Positions 11,101 to 18,933 of a stretch of DNA of 64,000 nucleotides are shown here, piece by piece; position 1 is the stretch's first letter, and each line of letters starts with the position of its first letter. The notes beneath the pieces are model-generated. The model did not search any database, was not told where the DNA came from, and was given only the letters and a program-made list of their open reading frames with translations. Source of the stretch: a candidate division FCPU426 bacterium (GTDB lineage: Bacteria; Oederibacteriota; Muellerivitia; Muellerivitales; Muellerivitaceae). The position numbers were made by a program, and so were the translations under genes. The stretch spans positions 44,061 to 108,060 of the forward strand of contig CAWKAR010000049.1 of assembly GCA_963847625.1 (NCBI GenBank), in the 5' to 3' direction.

Positions 11101-12346
11101 CCATCTGGGTCAAGGGGCTGTTGAACTGGTTGAGGAAGGTGTCCACCAGGGTGACCGGGCCCCCGTCCAGAACCGTGACGGGATAGGCCACGGAACCGGG
11201 GAATGTGATGACGGAGCGCACGGGTTGCACGTTAGAGGAGGAATAGGGAATATTGACGTAAGAAAGGTTCCCGAGAGTGTATGAGGCCCAGACTAGGTAA
11301 ATCGGACCGGTGATGGTCGTAGGCTGCCCGGCGACGGTGGTAGGCGCCCAAGCCCTCAGGATGATCTGGCCGTTGGTCATGAAAGGCTGTAAAGCAGCCC
11401 CTGAAACCGAGCTGATTTGATTGGCGTTGATGCCCGGGTAATTTGTCGCGATGACGTTGTTGATGAAGCCCTGATAGACCCTGTCATAGGTCAAATCAGG
11501 GTTGTTATAGTCCGTCAGCGGGCCGCTGGGTGCGTTGCCGTAATCCAAAATCACCTCGTAGGATACCGGAGCCGTGAAGGAGTTGTCTTGTTTGAACATA
11601 TATAAATTAAATGACACGCCGGCTCCGCCCGCCGCGTAACCGCCATTCACGCCGGTCACAGCGAAGCAAAGGGAGTTGGTGACGGAGTCGGAGACGGCGA
11701 TCGTAACGGCAGTATTCCCTATGAGCAAACTGGCCGACGAGTCCAGCAAAAGGTCGGTGGGGCCGGGCGTGGGCAAGGGGGCGTAAACGGCCGCGACGGA
11801 CGTGCCGCTGCTGGTTTCGAGGTAATAGGGTTGGAAATATCCGCGCACCAGGTATCCCGGCCCCGAGGTGTTGCCGATGGCGCCCGGATAGGTGTTTCCC
11901 GAGATGATATTGGGGCCGCTGACGCTCACTTGCATGGAATTGGAGCCGGCTGTCAGCGTTACCGAGAAATTCAGCACCCCGCTGACGAAAGACATGGGCG
12001 CCGTGCCGCCGGTGACAGGCGAGCCGCTGGAGGGAACGAAAACAGCCGAGGGATCGGCGGGAAGGCCGGTGGCCGTGTCATAGAGACCGACGACGACCGC
12101 GTCGGTAACCGCGGAGTCATTGGTCCCCACAGGATTTTGGGCCTGGATTCTGAAAGTCAAAACGTTTCCCGCGCCGCTCGTACTATAAGTCACGCCCGCG
12201 TAGGCCGAAGTGGGAGCGATAAAAGTGACTGAATAGCTGGCGGAATAGGCAGGACCGGGGGAAAGGAACAACCCAAGACCTGCTAAAACAAACAAAGGTG
12301 TAAAACTTAAATTTTTCAGGGGGTTTTTCGTTTTGGATTTTTCCAT
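5129..12346 (-). CDS. Large secreted fibronectin type III repeat protein with C-terminal FlgD-Ig/T9SS type-A-like sorting domain
   Basis: Sec signal peptide, then many Fn3 repeats (P.APTGL…L.W…GY.IYR…D…YYY.V.A), ending LNIYNIAGRLIR…WDMKDKNGNVVASGIYLIEI…KVAVVK. Confidence 0.9.
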   Translation of the reverse strand: MEKSKTKNPLKNLSFTPLFVLAGLGLFLSPGPAYSASYSVTFIAPTSAYAGVTYSTSGAGNVLTFRIQAQNPVGTNDSAVTDAVVVGLYDTATGLPADPSAVFVPSSGSPVTGGTAPMSFVSGVLNFSVTLTAGSNSMQVSVSGPNIISGNTYPGAIGNTSGPGYLVRGYFQPYYLETSSGTSVAAVYAPLPTPGPTDLLLDSSASLLIGNTAVTIAVSDSVTNSLCFAVTGVNGGYAAGGAGVSFNLYMFKQDNSFTAPVSYEVILDYGNAPSGPLTDYNNPDLTYDRVYQGFINNVIATNYPGINANQISSVSGAALQPFMTNGQIILRAWAPTTVAGQPTTITGPIYLVWASYTLGNLSYVNIPYSSSNVQPVRSVITFPGSVAYPVTVLDGGPVTLVDTFLNQFNSPLTQMAFLVPANSSGVSNWSFSSAKDPLGSDVIVNPSGSTPGTITVNASSNPIVTNQSYPVTLVGTASGQDGSWPLSMVSALNVYGNSAPMDSSKTFVYSIAAPSPPGSFTALPANYVGGGGAVALSWGQVTNESPLGYVMIRTPAGGDFTGSVTLPSGTVLSNAVTLPISQTSYNDSVTNLTGYSYQILAYNTVAESTTSSLGPVTAFANPAAPGPVTALTGGTTVQLNWGAPASVSGSYAVTGLLVLRSTSSSMSGAVTVATLAGSTTTYNDPAPVAASLNYYELVSLDSQYPSGPAGAHISAVSSQAQGFPPGYPPTGAFTTLVSVSPATIGLSWTAPDPTLMLNGPVTGYQVQISPDGVFGRDVTVGVSPATYDDSSVAIGHYYVYQVSAFDSNGALSNPSSPVTGYILPAAPTGLTASSGAAAITLNWNSVNNQGVTGYTLYRNGISVGTTASATTYPDSTGLIVGVNYIYQVSASNAGGEGPLSLPVTMPLLPHTPTGLAVTATASDTVTLTWSVPSAPETNITGYNLYRSPSATFGAGATLMASGAPGYSFTDATLGPSAAGNILYYYAQAQNLGGPSTVSPAVGVMIPPNAPTGVGASSTAATITVSWTANPASENVLIYTIYRSTNPAGPFTSVLATVTSPGTSFADGGAVAGTNYYYELTATNPGKGVTIAGGESLPSSVVFSTLLPPAPSGFSVVADPAIRSNVDLTWSSATLANVTSYNLYRNTAPTTVGSTEVSIGIPVTAAGVPVTSLTDPGLSAGTTYFYFLGEQNPAGAGAPAMKGLQIPPNPPAPVTVSPGSTAITVSWAPNPASENVFDYSVYRSQLPSVPITQLLANVPSPGTSYADSTPAQGVTYYYNVTATNAGSGVTILGGESLLSAAVTSGLAPPAPTGLGISSISASNDISVTWNNVTGAAPNASSVSLLVNNTNQLAGATGANLVPASSVSYYDQGLYAGSVTGESPDTTYYYWLETNNFFGSGSPEGPVTQLTYPAAPVLNSVNLLPDNVSVVLNWNTVGAGDVAKYNIYRQLNYNQSVSIQAVPVTAGFAMPVTFQWPVQFGQTYSFQISATNPTGEGPASNSITILIGPSSPASLLAQSGVSPTQAAVSLTWAANPAIQAITGYNIYRANGPITGSGPATAAYTPITSVPSTSTTFVDTTAADGTAYYYLVEAELGGLMSPLNTALAAPVTAFRQPNPPVFLAATAGNNQVALSWTAPAATTYPVSGYDVFRSNSVTLTGAPLTFLPYTAAAYTDNAVTNGTTYTYALQTVDVQGNLSAQTAPVSAQPLVQPGAPVSVALYAGDQEVQITWLPGSPGTLPIGAYQIYRTAVGSGVTILVATVNSTITGFVDMGLADLTTYTYWLVSEDTSGIVSGLHISANSALVTGMPSTGNINPPSSLSAQGQNALVAVTWLDPVVGAPVTGYQLYRSTSQFTGYTLLATVPTGGTYTDAPVTNGTKYYYYLVSVDNVGGLCHSASATVFTTAARPPNAPTGLRESDGDNAVTLHWLTNGPLDTVNVNQYVITRNAGPLTAVSSSVTAANVPVTYVDSPAADGSTFVYLVYAVNANSVTSLGPSAPVTGYPFALSPPAVTSASSNTEVTLSWSAPATSSFTVTGYAIYRRNSSGTYNPASPLTVVGSGVSSLIDSTVALGQLYGYEVEALDAVGHEGPPSTEILDGASNPPPAPTGLTPLPGDEQILIDWAPAAPPSGGSLPVSEYQVVISSGGTPTTVLTAQTWWLVPSTNGVSVTFTVTAIDETGQALPGVHESVAVTVTAASSQNNLNPPTNLAAKGTGTNTIQLTWTPANDLGRIVTGYAIYRTNSFGATLTTPVTTLYNTAFAPVTVFNNTGLSVGVTYFYVARAVYSVPVGTSSNSNHAYATTLKPPPTVVTVKSGQMVFDANLVRPLLGQTLGISYEVPSSGSVELNIYNIAGRLIRSLSVPPATAGTAEKTSWDMKDKNGNVVASGIYLIEIKSGLFHQILKVAVVK

Positions 12347-12469
12347 GTTATCTTAAGAATAACCCGATTATTGAGGCTAATCAAGGAATGCGTTTTAACT
12401 TTAAACCTTAAAAACAATGACTCCTTCTGATTCTGCAAATAGAAATTTTTTAAGCTGGAATTTTGTTTA

Positions 12470-12585
12470 GCTGTCATTGAGGAATGCCCCGCGAATAGCG
12501 GGGTGCTTATGACAGGCTTGAAGTAGTTGGCCTTTATTTCAGGCCAACCATACATGGCCCCAAGGGCCAACGTACAACCCCAGTT
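12470..12585 (-). ncRNA. Candidate structured 5'-leader RNA (three consecutive hairpins) upstream of the Fn3 gene
   Basis: Stems TGGCCC/GGGCCA (12555-12569), GTTGGCCT/AGGCCAAC (12526-12548), and CCCCGC/GCGGGG nested inside CTGTCAT/ATGACAG (12471-12515), all in an AT-rich intergenic region. No known family recognised. Confidence 0.4.
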
Positions 12586-12592
12586 ATAAAAA

Positions 12593-12620
12593 ATTTTATG
12601 GATGATCGGCGTAATGACAA
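12593..12620 (-). promoter_or_regulatory. Sigma70-type promoter for the Fn3/PorV genes
   Basis: Minus strand TTGTCA-16 nt-TAAAAT. Confidence 0.55.
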
Positions 12621-12645
12621 ATCAAAAAAACGCCAAAACCAAACT

Positions 12646-13779
12646 TTACCAGGTATCCCGGACGCTATTCACGATGGTCTGGTCATTCCAGACGATCTGC
12701 GGGGTGGCGCCTTGGGCCACCAAAAGCGAGCGAAGCATCACCTCCATCCCAGCGCTTGTCCCGGAGATGCCCACCTCAAATCCACCGGGGAAATTGCCGT
12801 TGGCTATGGCGAACTGCGGAACCGTGGCCGGGGCCCGGTTCCAGCCCGCGCTGTTGGGGCTGATGCCGTAAAAAAAACCGGTGCTGAGGATGCCTGAAGA
12901 AACGCGGGTCAACGCGGTCACCGGGCCCTCCGATAGGGTCGTCATGGGATTCACCAGTACGGCTCCATTGACAGTGCTTAAAGTGAAAAATGCCTGGTTC
13001 GGATCCTGCTGGGTGGGATCCCAGGCGAAGTTTATCGCGTAATTGGTGTCCTGCGGCGCGACATCCCCTTTCGTCGTCAGCCATTTAATGACATTTGTAA
13101 ACAACGTAAAATCAACCAAGCTGAGATCATATAGCTCATTGTAATCGGCGTATTGGGTGCTTTGCCATTCCACCAGCCGGTAAGCGGGGGTGTTTCGCAG
13201 GGTTTTGGGGTTGGCAGGGGTCAGGTAATAGTAATAAATCCGGTAAAGGTCGATGTATTCATTTACTGACACGCCGTCTTTATTAAGGACGGTGACGTTG
13301 GCATTCGTTGCTACCGTGGCCGGCGCGGGATAGACATAGATGCCGATGGTCTGGTTGGAATCGTAAACCCCCATCAGAACGCTGTTGCCGAAATTCGCCG
13401 CGACCGCGGTGACGGGCGAGAAAGAGCCGGTGCCCGTGATGGGCTGCGTCAGGGCAAGTTGGGTCCCCTGCAGGATGGGATAGTTGCTCTTGGTGCTGGC
13501 CGACATGGCTTGGGTGACGGGGCCTAAAAAGGATATGCCCGAAGTATCGCTTTGGAACATATGGCGGCTGGCCACGCACCTCTCATGGAGGCGAAGCAAT
13601 GTCTGTTCGTTCAGGGTTTGAAGCTGGAGGTGCATTTCATCGGCGGCCATGCCCTGGGAGACCTTGAGAAAGAACATGGTCATGACGGGGGTGATGATGG
13701 CGATCAGGGCTACCACGAACATCAACTCCACGAGGGTCCACCCTTTTTCATCCAGCGGGCGGGTGATCTTATTTTTCAT
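12646..13779 (-). CDS. Prepilin-type N-methylation protein (PilW/GspJ-like minor pilin)
   Basis: Class III signal KG|WTLVELMFVVALIAII with Glu at +5. Confidence 0.85.
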   Translation of the reverse strand: MKNKITRPLDEKGWTLVELMFVVALIAIITPVMTMFFLKVSQGMAADEMHLQLQTLNEQTLLRLHERCVASRHMFQSDTSGISFLGPVTQAMSASTKSNYPILQGTQLALTQPITGTGSFSPVTAVAANFGNSVLMGVYDSNQTIGIYVYPAPATVATNANVTVLNKDGVSVNEYIDLYRIYYYYLTPANPKTLRNTPAYRLVEWQSTQYADYNELYDLSLVDFTLFTNVIKWLTTKGDVAPQDTNYAINFAWDPTQQDPNQAFFTLSTVNGAVLVNPMTTLSEGPVTALTRVSSGILSTGFFYGISPNSAGWNRAPATVPQFAIANGNFPGGFEVGISGTSAGMEVMLRSLLVAQGATPQIVWNDQTIVNSVRDTW

Positions 13780-13785
13780 GGTGGC

Positions 13786-16700
13786 TTAACGACTGATGGA
13801 AAGATCGAGCTTGTGATAGCTGTAGTTCAGGGGGTAAGAATGCCGGAAGGCTTCAACCATGACGGTATAATCCCCTTGAGGGAAGCCTGAAGAGGGGACA
13901 GCCCACGCGTAGCTATAAGGAAACGTATTGGTTTGGATCAAGTGGTTTGGGCTGGTGTCCAACACACCCATTACAGCCGATGAATTATCCTGTACAAAAT
14001 ACCAATCCATCTCCGAGTCATTGCTGTAAAGTAAATTAATATCCAGGGTGAGGGGGTTGCCATTGCTGTCCTTTTCCACATAGGTGCTGTTATTGAGGTT
14101 GGGATAACCCGGATATTCCTCCGTATAAAAATTGGCGTTGTTCCCGGTATTTCCGGGGTAACGGTACCAGATATTGTCGGTGGGCCCGTTGATAATCGTA
14201 ACGCCACTTACAATTTTAGGGGTCGTCGTGGTGACGGCGCCGTCCACCACCAGGTTGATGGTGCTGGGCTGGGAATACTGCTCATTGGGGCTGTCGCAGT
14301 AAAGCGCCACCAAAGGCATCTGGGTGATATGGGCGGTGCCGGTATAGTTTCCACCGTCCAGGAAAGTCCTGAGCATGAAAACCAAGGCGGTTTTTCCCAG
14401 TTGGGCGGTTCCAACATCGGGGGAGATGGCCAGGCCGGATTCCACAACATAGGCCACATTTCCGCTTTTATCGGTTATTTGAACCACCCCCGTTCCGTTG
14501 TAAGTGGCGGAACTGGTGTCATCGTAAAAATAGCGGGAGAGGCCGCCCACCTGTGGAACAGTAAGGGTGGTGCGCAACGTAGTACCATAAGGGGCGGTGC
14601 TCCACTCAGTGGTCGTCTGGGTGGTATTGATAGCCCAGGACCTGGTGCAACTGACCGACTGGGCCAGGGGATATGCGAAAATGGAGTAGCAAGTGACACC
14701 CAAGCCCAGAAGGGTGGCGGAATCGGCGTTGCTTTGATGGTTGAAGGTGCTGTCGAAAAAGGAGGTACAGCCGTACTGCCACGCCCTGCTGGTTAAATTC
14801 CGCCCGAAACCGTTGCAGGAGGTCGTCGTCCCGGCCGTGTTGACCACGGGTACCGAACCGTAGAGCTTGCGGTAGAAGGTTGAGTTGGAGATGTTTGCCC
14901 CTGCCACCGGAAGGTTGCCGGTGCTGGACCAGGTGGAATACATACTGTCGGGATAAAGCTCGCCCAGCCAGGACTTTTCATACCAGGTATCGTTGGTATT
15001 GGAAATCACGCGCATGTAACTGACGGGATCATTGTAGGGGATAATTTCAGCCGCTCCGGTCAAATTGGTGGTGGAGGTTGTCAGGTAGGGTGTTTGATTC
15101 AAGGTGACTCCCCCCTGGAAAGGCTGTTGGTCGGCGCCGAATTCCCCCCCAAACCCGTAATAGTAGTAACTGTACCCGTTCATCGTGGTCCAGATGGCAG
15201 TGCAGTTCAAAAGGCCCTGGCGGATCATTTGGTAAAAGCGGGGGGCATCGATGAAATTGGAGTCCGCTGGCGGGGTGCCTCCGGATGAGGCTGCCCCTTC
15301 CCATCCGATAAAATCACCCGCCGCTCCGAAACCCGTATAACCATCATGGTTCATGCCGACATATGTGCCGGTGGCAGCGCCATCCTTGAACCACCAGTTA
15401 TAGCCATTGGGGCCGATGACGGCACCCGCGGTGGCATCCGCGGCCCCCTGCCATCCCTCCTTGACATCCTCGTAAGGGCAGTGGCGGGGGTCCCCCAGGA
15501 ACTGATACCTTTCGGTATAGGGCGGCGGGTAAGCGTCGCCGCACCAAACCCAGGTCCTGGAAAGGTTGGGGCTGTTGTTGACCGGAAATCCGGAGGTTGT
15601 ACTGGTGCCGAAGCGAGTCTCCAGGGTATGCACACCGGGCGGAAGGTTGATCATGAGGAGCCAGCGCGTTGTGTTCTTAGGCCCGTTGCCCGTGGTGCCG
15701 CCTATATCGTCCCAAGGGTTCCCTCCCGTCTCTATAGGGCAAGGGATATACTCGGCGCCGTAAAGCCGGGCGGTGGATGCCAAGCCGGTAGTGGATGTGG
15801 TGTGCATGGGGCAGCGGTAAGGGGTATTGTAAAAAATAATCTCGGTCCCGATTTGGGTCCCGGTTGAGGGAACTGGGACAACATTGTAATAAGAGGTAGC
15901 TGGATAAGGAGCCCCAAAGGAAAAGGGCGTGTTTAAGGCAACAGCTTGGGAACTGTAAGCGGTGCTGCTGTTTCCGGTTCGGGCGTTCACACTGATGTTG
16001 GTGGCTTTAATCACCTCGGGGATGTATACATTCATGACAGGCACGAGCGCCCCCGCGCCGTCCGGATAGGTGGCGTCCAAATTGGCATTCATATTTTCCA
16101 GGCCGTCGATATAAGAATAAACCCGGAAATGGACCTGCGTGGTATTCGTCGCCCCGGAGAAGGGATAATAAAGGTTCTCCGGATGGGTCACCACACGGTA
16201 ACACGGCTCGCCGGAGCCGCTGGTATTGGCCGGGTCCTTGGCGGCGTCCGAGTAGTTGCGCATGGGGGGGATGGGCAGCAACTCGCCGTGCAGGTTGACG
16301 ATGAGGGCGTTCTCGAAGGACGCGGGAGTGGAAAGCATGCCCTCGATCAGCATGCGCTCGCTGATCTCGGTGATCGGATAGCCTGAATATAAGGGCATGG
16401 TCAAATTGTTTGCCGCCGCTGTGACGGCTTGGTACATGGTCAGCTCGTCCGGGTAGCGCATGGAATTGTTATCCTTATCCGCGACCGCGTAGTTGGGACA
16501 GCCGGTGAATATGGCGTTGGTATAGTGGACAGTTCCGTCCAAGTTGAAATTGCCGTCCGCTGGAGCGCCGAAAGTAACGTCTGAGGAGAAAAATTGCGTC
16601 ACCCCGCCGCCATCCGCCGTGTCCATGGGCGTCGTTCCGGGGTAAAAATAAATATAGGGGAGGATGCCCCCCATGGTGGCCGAAGCCGTGCTTTGGTAGA

Positions 16701-17412
16701 AATTGAGGTAAGGGATATATTGTTGGTCCCGCCCGTAGGAGGAACGCGTGATGTAATGGGGCCGGATGAGAAGCCCCGGGTCCCTTGTTTGAATATCATC
16801 AATGATGCCGCGGAAAGTTGAAAAAAGGGCCGGTTCCTGGGTCCACCAGGCCGGGGTATTATTGATGGCCAGCACGTAGACATCCATCACCTGGGACGGG
16901 TATTGTTGATTGACGATCGTCCTTAATTGGCCGCCCACCTGCGCCAGCAGGTCCCCGGGCGCCCCGGGGTTCTGGTCCGACGCGTATTTCCAGATATTCA
17001 CAAAGACCATGCGCGCGTTGGGGTCGTCGGCCACGTGGTTGACCTCGATCTGGCGCAGGTAGCGCCAGTTGCCGTTGGAGAGGCGGTTTCCGCTCAAGGG
17101 ATTGCCGGGGTCGACGTTGGAAAGGCCCGTATCCACGTTTTTGTCGGTGGTCAGGACATTGTTGTAGAGGGACCCGTCGGTGTATCTGTCGAGTATATTG
17201 ATATTTGTTTCCTTGCCGCTGACCAGGGACTTGAGTTCCTCGAACATCTGGATGGCTTTTTGCGTGGCGTAAGATCTGTCACTGGTCTTGACGGTCTGCT
17301 TGGCCATGTAGGAACGGGCCAAGATGACCGAGGAGGCCACAGACCCCAAGATGGCCACGGCGATCAGAAGCTCGACCAGCGTGTAGCCTTTTTGATCCAG
17401 AGTTTTTTTCAT
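13786..17412 (-). CDS. Giant prepilin-type protein (PilV/GspI-like N-terminus plus ~1000-aa extension)
   Basis: Class III signal KG|YTLVELLIAVAILG, followed by a long Tyr/Thr/Gly/Asn-rich extracellular region. Confidence 0.85.
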   Translation of the reverse strand: MKKTLDQKGYTLVELLIAVAILGSVASSVILARSYMAKQTVKTSDRSYATQKAIQMFEELKSLVSGKETNINILDRYTDGSLYNNVLTTDKNVDTGLSNVDPGNPLSGNRLSNGNWRYLRQIEVNHVADDPNARMVFVNIWKYASDQNPGAPGDLLAQVGGQLRTIVNQQYPSQVMDVYVLAINNTPAWWTQEPALFSTFRGIIDDIQTRDPGLLIRPHYITRSSYGRDQQYIPYLNFYQSTASATMGGILPYIYFYPGTTPMDTADGGGVTQFFSSDVTFGAPADGNFNLDGTVHYTNAIFTGCPNYAVADKDNNSMRYPDELTMYQAVTAAANNLTMPLYSGYPITEISERMLIEGMLSTPASFENALIVNLHGELLPIPPMRNYSDAAKDPANTSGSGEPCYRVVTHPENLYYPFSGATNTTQVHFRVYSYIDGLENMNANLDATYPDGAGALVPVMNVYIPEVIKATNISVNARTGNSSTAYSSQAVALNTPFSFGAPYPATSYYNVVPVPSTGTQIGTEIIFYNTPYRCPMHTTSTTGLASTARLYGAEYIPCPIETGGNPWDDIGGTTGNGPKNTTRWLLMINLPPGVHTLETRFGTSTTSGFPVNNSPNLSRTWVWCGDAYPPPYTERYQFLGDPRHCPYEDVKEGWQGAADATAGAVIGPNGYNWWFKDGAATGTYVGMNHDGYTGFGAAGDFIGWEGAASSGGTPPADSNFIDAPRFYQMIRQGLLNCTAIWTTMNGYSYYYYGFGGEFGADQQPFQGGVTLNQTPYLTTSTTNLTGAAEIIPYNDPVSYMRVISNTNDTWYEKSWLGELYPDSMYSTWSSTGNLPVAGANISNSTFYRKLYGSVPVVNTAGTTTSCNGFGRNLTSRAWQYGCTSFFDSTFNHQSNADSATLLGLGVTCYSIFAYPLAQSVSCTRSWAINTTQTTTEWSTAPYGTTLRTTLTVPQVGGLSRYFYDDTSSATYNGTGVVQITDKSGNVAYVVESGLAISPDVGTAQLGKTALVFMLRTFLDGGNYTGTAHITQMPLVALYCDSPNEQYSQPSTINLVVDGAVTTTTPKIVSGVTIINGPTDNIWYRYPGNTGNNANFYTEEYPGYPNLNNSTYVEKDSNGNPLTLDINLLYSNDSEMDWYFVQDNSSAVMGVLDTSPNHLIQTNTFPYSYAWAVPSSGFPQGDYTVMVEAFRHSYPLNYSYHKLDLSISR

Positions 17413-17437
17413 CTGTTTTTCCCCAAGCCATCCCCGC

Positions 17438-18865
17438 CTACAAATTGGGAATGGCCAGCAGCATCTTTCGCTGGCTAATGTCTTCCCGGTAATTCCCCAC
17501 CAGCTTTTGGGCTTTCACCACCAAGTCCGGGTTGTAAAAAATTTGGCCATAGTTTCCGGCGCTACCGTTGATCGTGATGGTCCCGGGGGTGGTACCATGG
17601 TAATAGGGCGATCCCATGATGACCGACCCTTCGATATCACAACCGGCTCCCACGGTCAGGTTCCCCGTCACGAAAAGGATGCCGCCCCAATGGCTGGGCT
17701 GCAGGCTGCCGGTACTTTGGTTAAGCACCAGGTCCCCGTTGACGATCAACACCCCGTAAGCGCCGGTTGTCACTGATTGGTCGTTTCTTCCGAGTTCGTC
17801 ATAAGGGGATGGATTCGCCGGCCCGTAAGTGACGCTTCCATCAAAGAAGCAGAGTTTCCATTCGCTTGTAATATACATAGTGGTAGAGGCGTTTCCCTGG
17901 TAATCCGATATGTTTTTAAGGTCCCCCAGGGACATCCCGAAGACACTGCTGGCGTCAAGACAGGTGTAGTCGGTTGTTCCCCAGCAGGTGACCCCACCCT
18001 GGAGGTTCACTCCGGGAGTGGCCCCATTCGGAAGGTTGCAAGAGTTGGGCAAGGGTGTATTAGTAATGGTAGGGGTAGAGGTGATCGTGGGGGTATAGGA
18101 GATTGTGGGGGTGTATGTGTTGGTCCTAGTGTAGGTAAACGTGAATGTAAAGGTATTGGTCGGCATCCCACCGACCGTTTGCGTCATGTTGGGAGTGTTC
18201 GTTTTGGTGGGGGTAAATGTTATTGTGGGAGTTTCCGTTTTGGTGGGTGTGCAGGTATGGCCGTTACTATCTTTACAGGGAACAGGGGTGTTCGTGCGGG
18301 TGGGAGTGCACGAAGGGGTGAACGTGGGTGTACAAGGCACCTTAAAAGCAATCGAGGAGCTGACTGTACAATTGGAATCGTCGCAATAGGGCTCGCGATT
18401 ACCGGTAGTAGTATCACAACGTGTTCTGGCAAGAAAAATAATGGATACCGCGGCGTTGGGAATGGTGAGTGTTTGGGTCGTGGTAGTCATATTGTTATTA
18501 TTATTGTTAGTTTGGGAAAAATAAGCTTGTAATTGGTTCGAAGCATTGCAGGTGGTGGTGGTTGTACCGCTATTCCCATACCAGATGATATTTCCCCCGC
18601 TGTCCTTAAAGCCTATGGCGTAATAAACGCTCGTGCAGGAAGTGCCGATGTTTGTTAAATAAGCGGACACATCTACCGTGTCATTTTGCGCGCCGCAGGT
18701 GTCGCTAAGGGTAATGCTGGAAACACTCATTCCAGTACAAGCGGCATATAAGCAGGAAATATAATTAAAATAGGCAAAAACCGCCATTATTCCCGCCAGG
18801 CCAAACAAGGGAAAAAGGCTTTTTTTAAAATTGATCCTAAAATAGTTTGTAAATTTTTTGTCCAT
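17438..18865 (-). CDS. Secreted Cys-rich/PT-linker protein ending in a PilX-type beta-helix C-terminal domain
   Basis: Signal-like N-terminus, TPT linker, then GVLIVNGDLVL…GGILFVTGNLTV…GSVIMG…IFYNPDLV repeats typical of PilX-like C-termini. Confidence 0.65.
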   Translation of the reverse strand: MDKKFTNYFRINFKKSLFPLFGLAGIMAVFAYFNYISCLYAACTGMSVSSITLSDTCGAQNDTVDVSAYLTNIGTSCTSVYYAIGFKDSGGNIIWYGNSGTTTTTCNASNQLQAYFSQTNNNNNNMTTTTQTLTIPNAAVSIIFLARTRCDTTTGNREPYCDDSNCTVSSSIAFKVPCTPTFTPSCTPTRTNTPVPCKDSNGHTCTPTKTETPTITFTPTKTNTPNMTQTVGGMPTNTFTFTFTYTRTNTYTPTISYTPTITSTPTITNTPLPNSCNLPNGATPGVNLQGGVTCWGTTDYTCLDASSVFGMSLGDLKNISDYQGNASTTMYITSEWKLCFFDGSVTYGPANPSPYDELGRNDQSVTTGAYGVLIVNGDLVLNQSTGSLQPSHWGGILFVTGNLTVGAGCDIEGSVIMGSPYYHGTTPGTITINGSAGNYGQIFYNPDLVVKAQKLVGNYREDISQRKMLLAIPNL

Positions 18866-18933
18866 CTTTTTTCTTTTCCCGGCCTTTCCTTTTGAAAACT
18901 TTCAAGAATCCTTTCTTCCGCCCCAGGCCGTTT

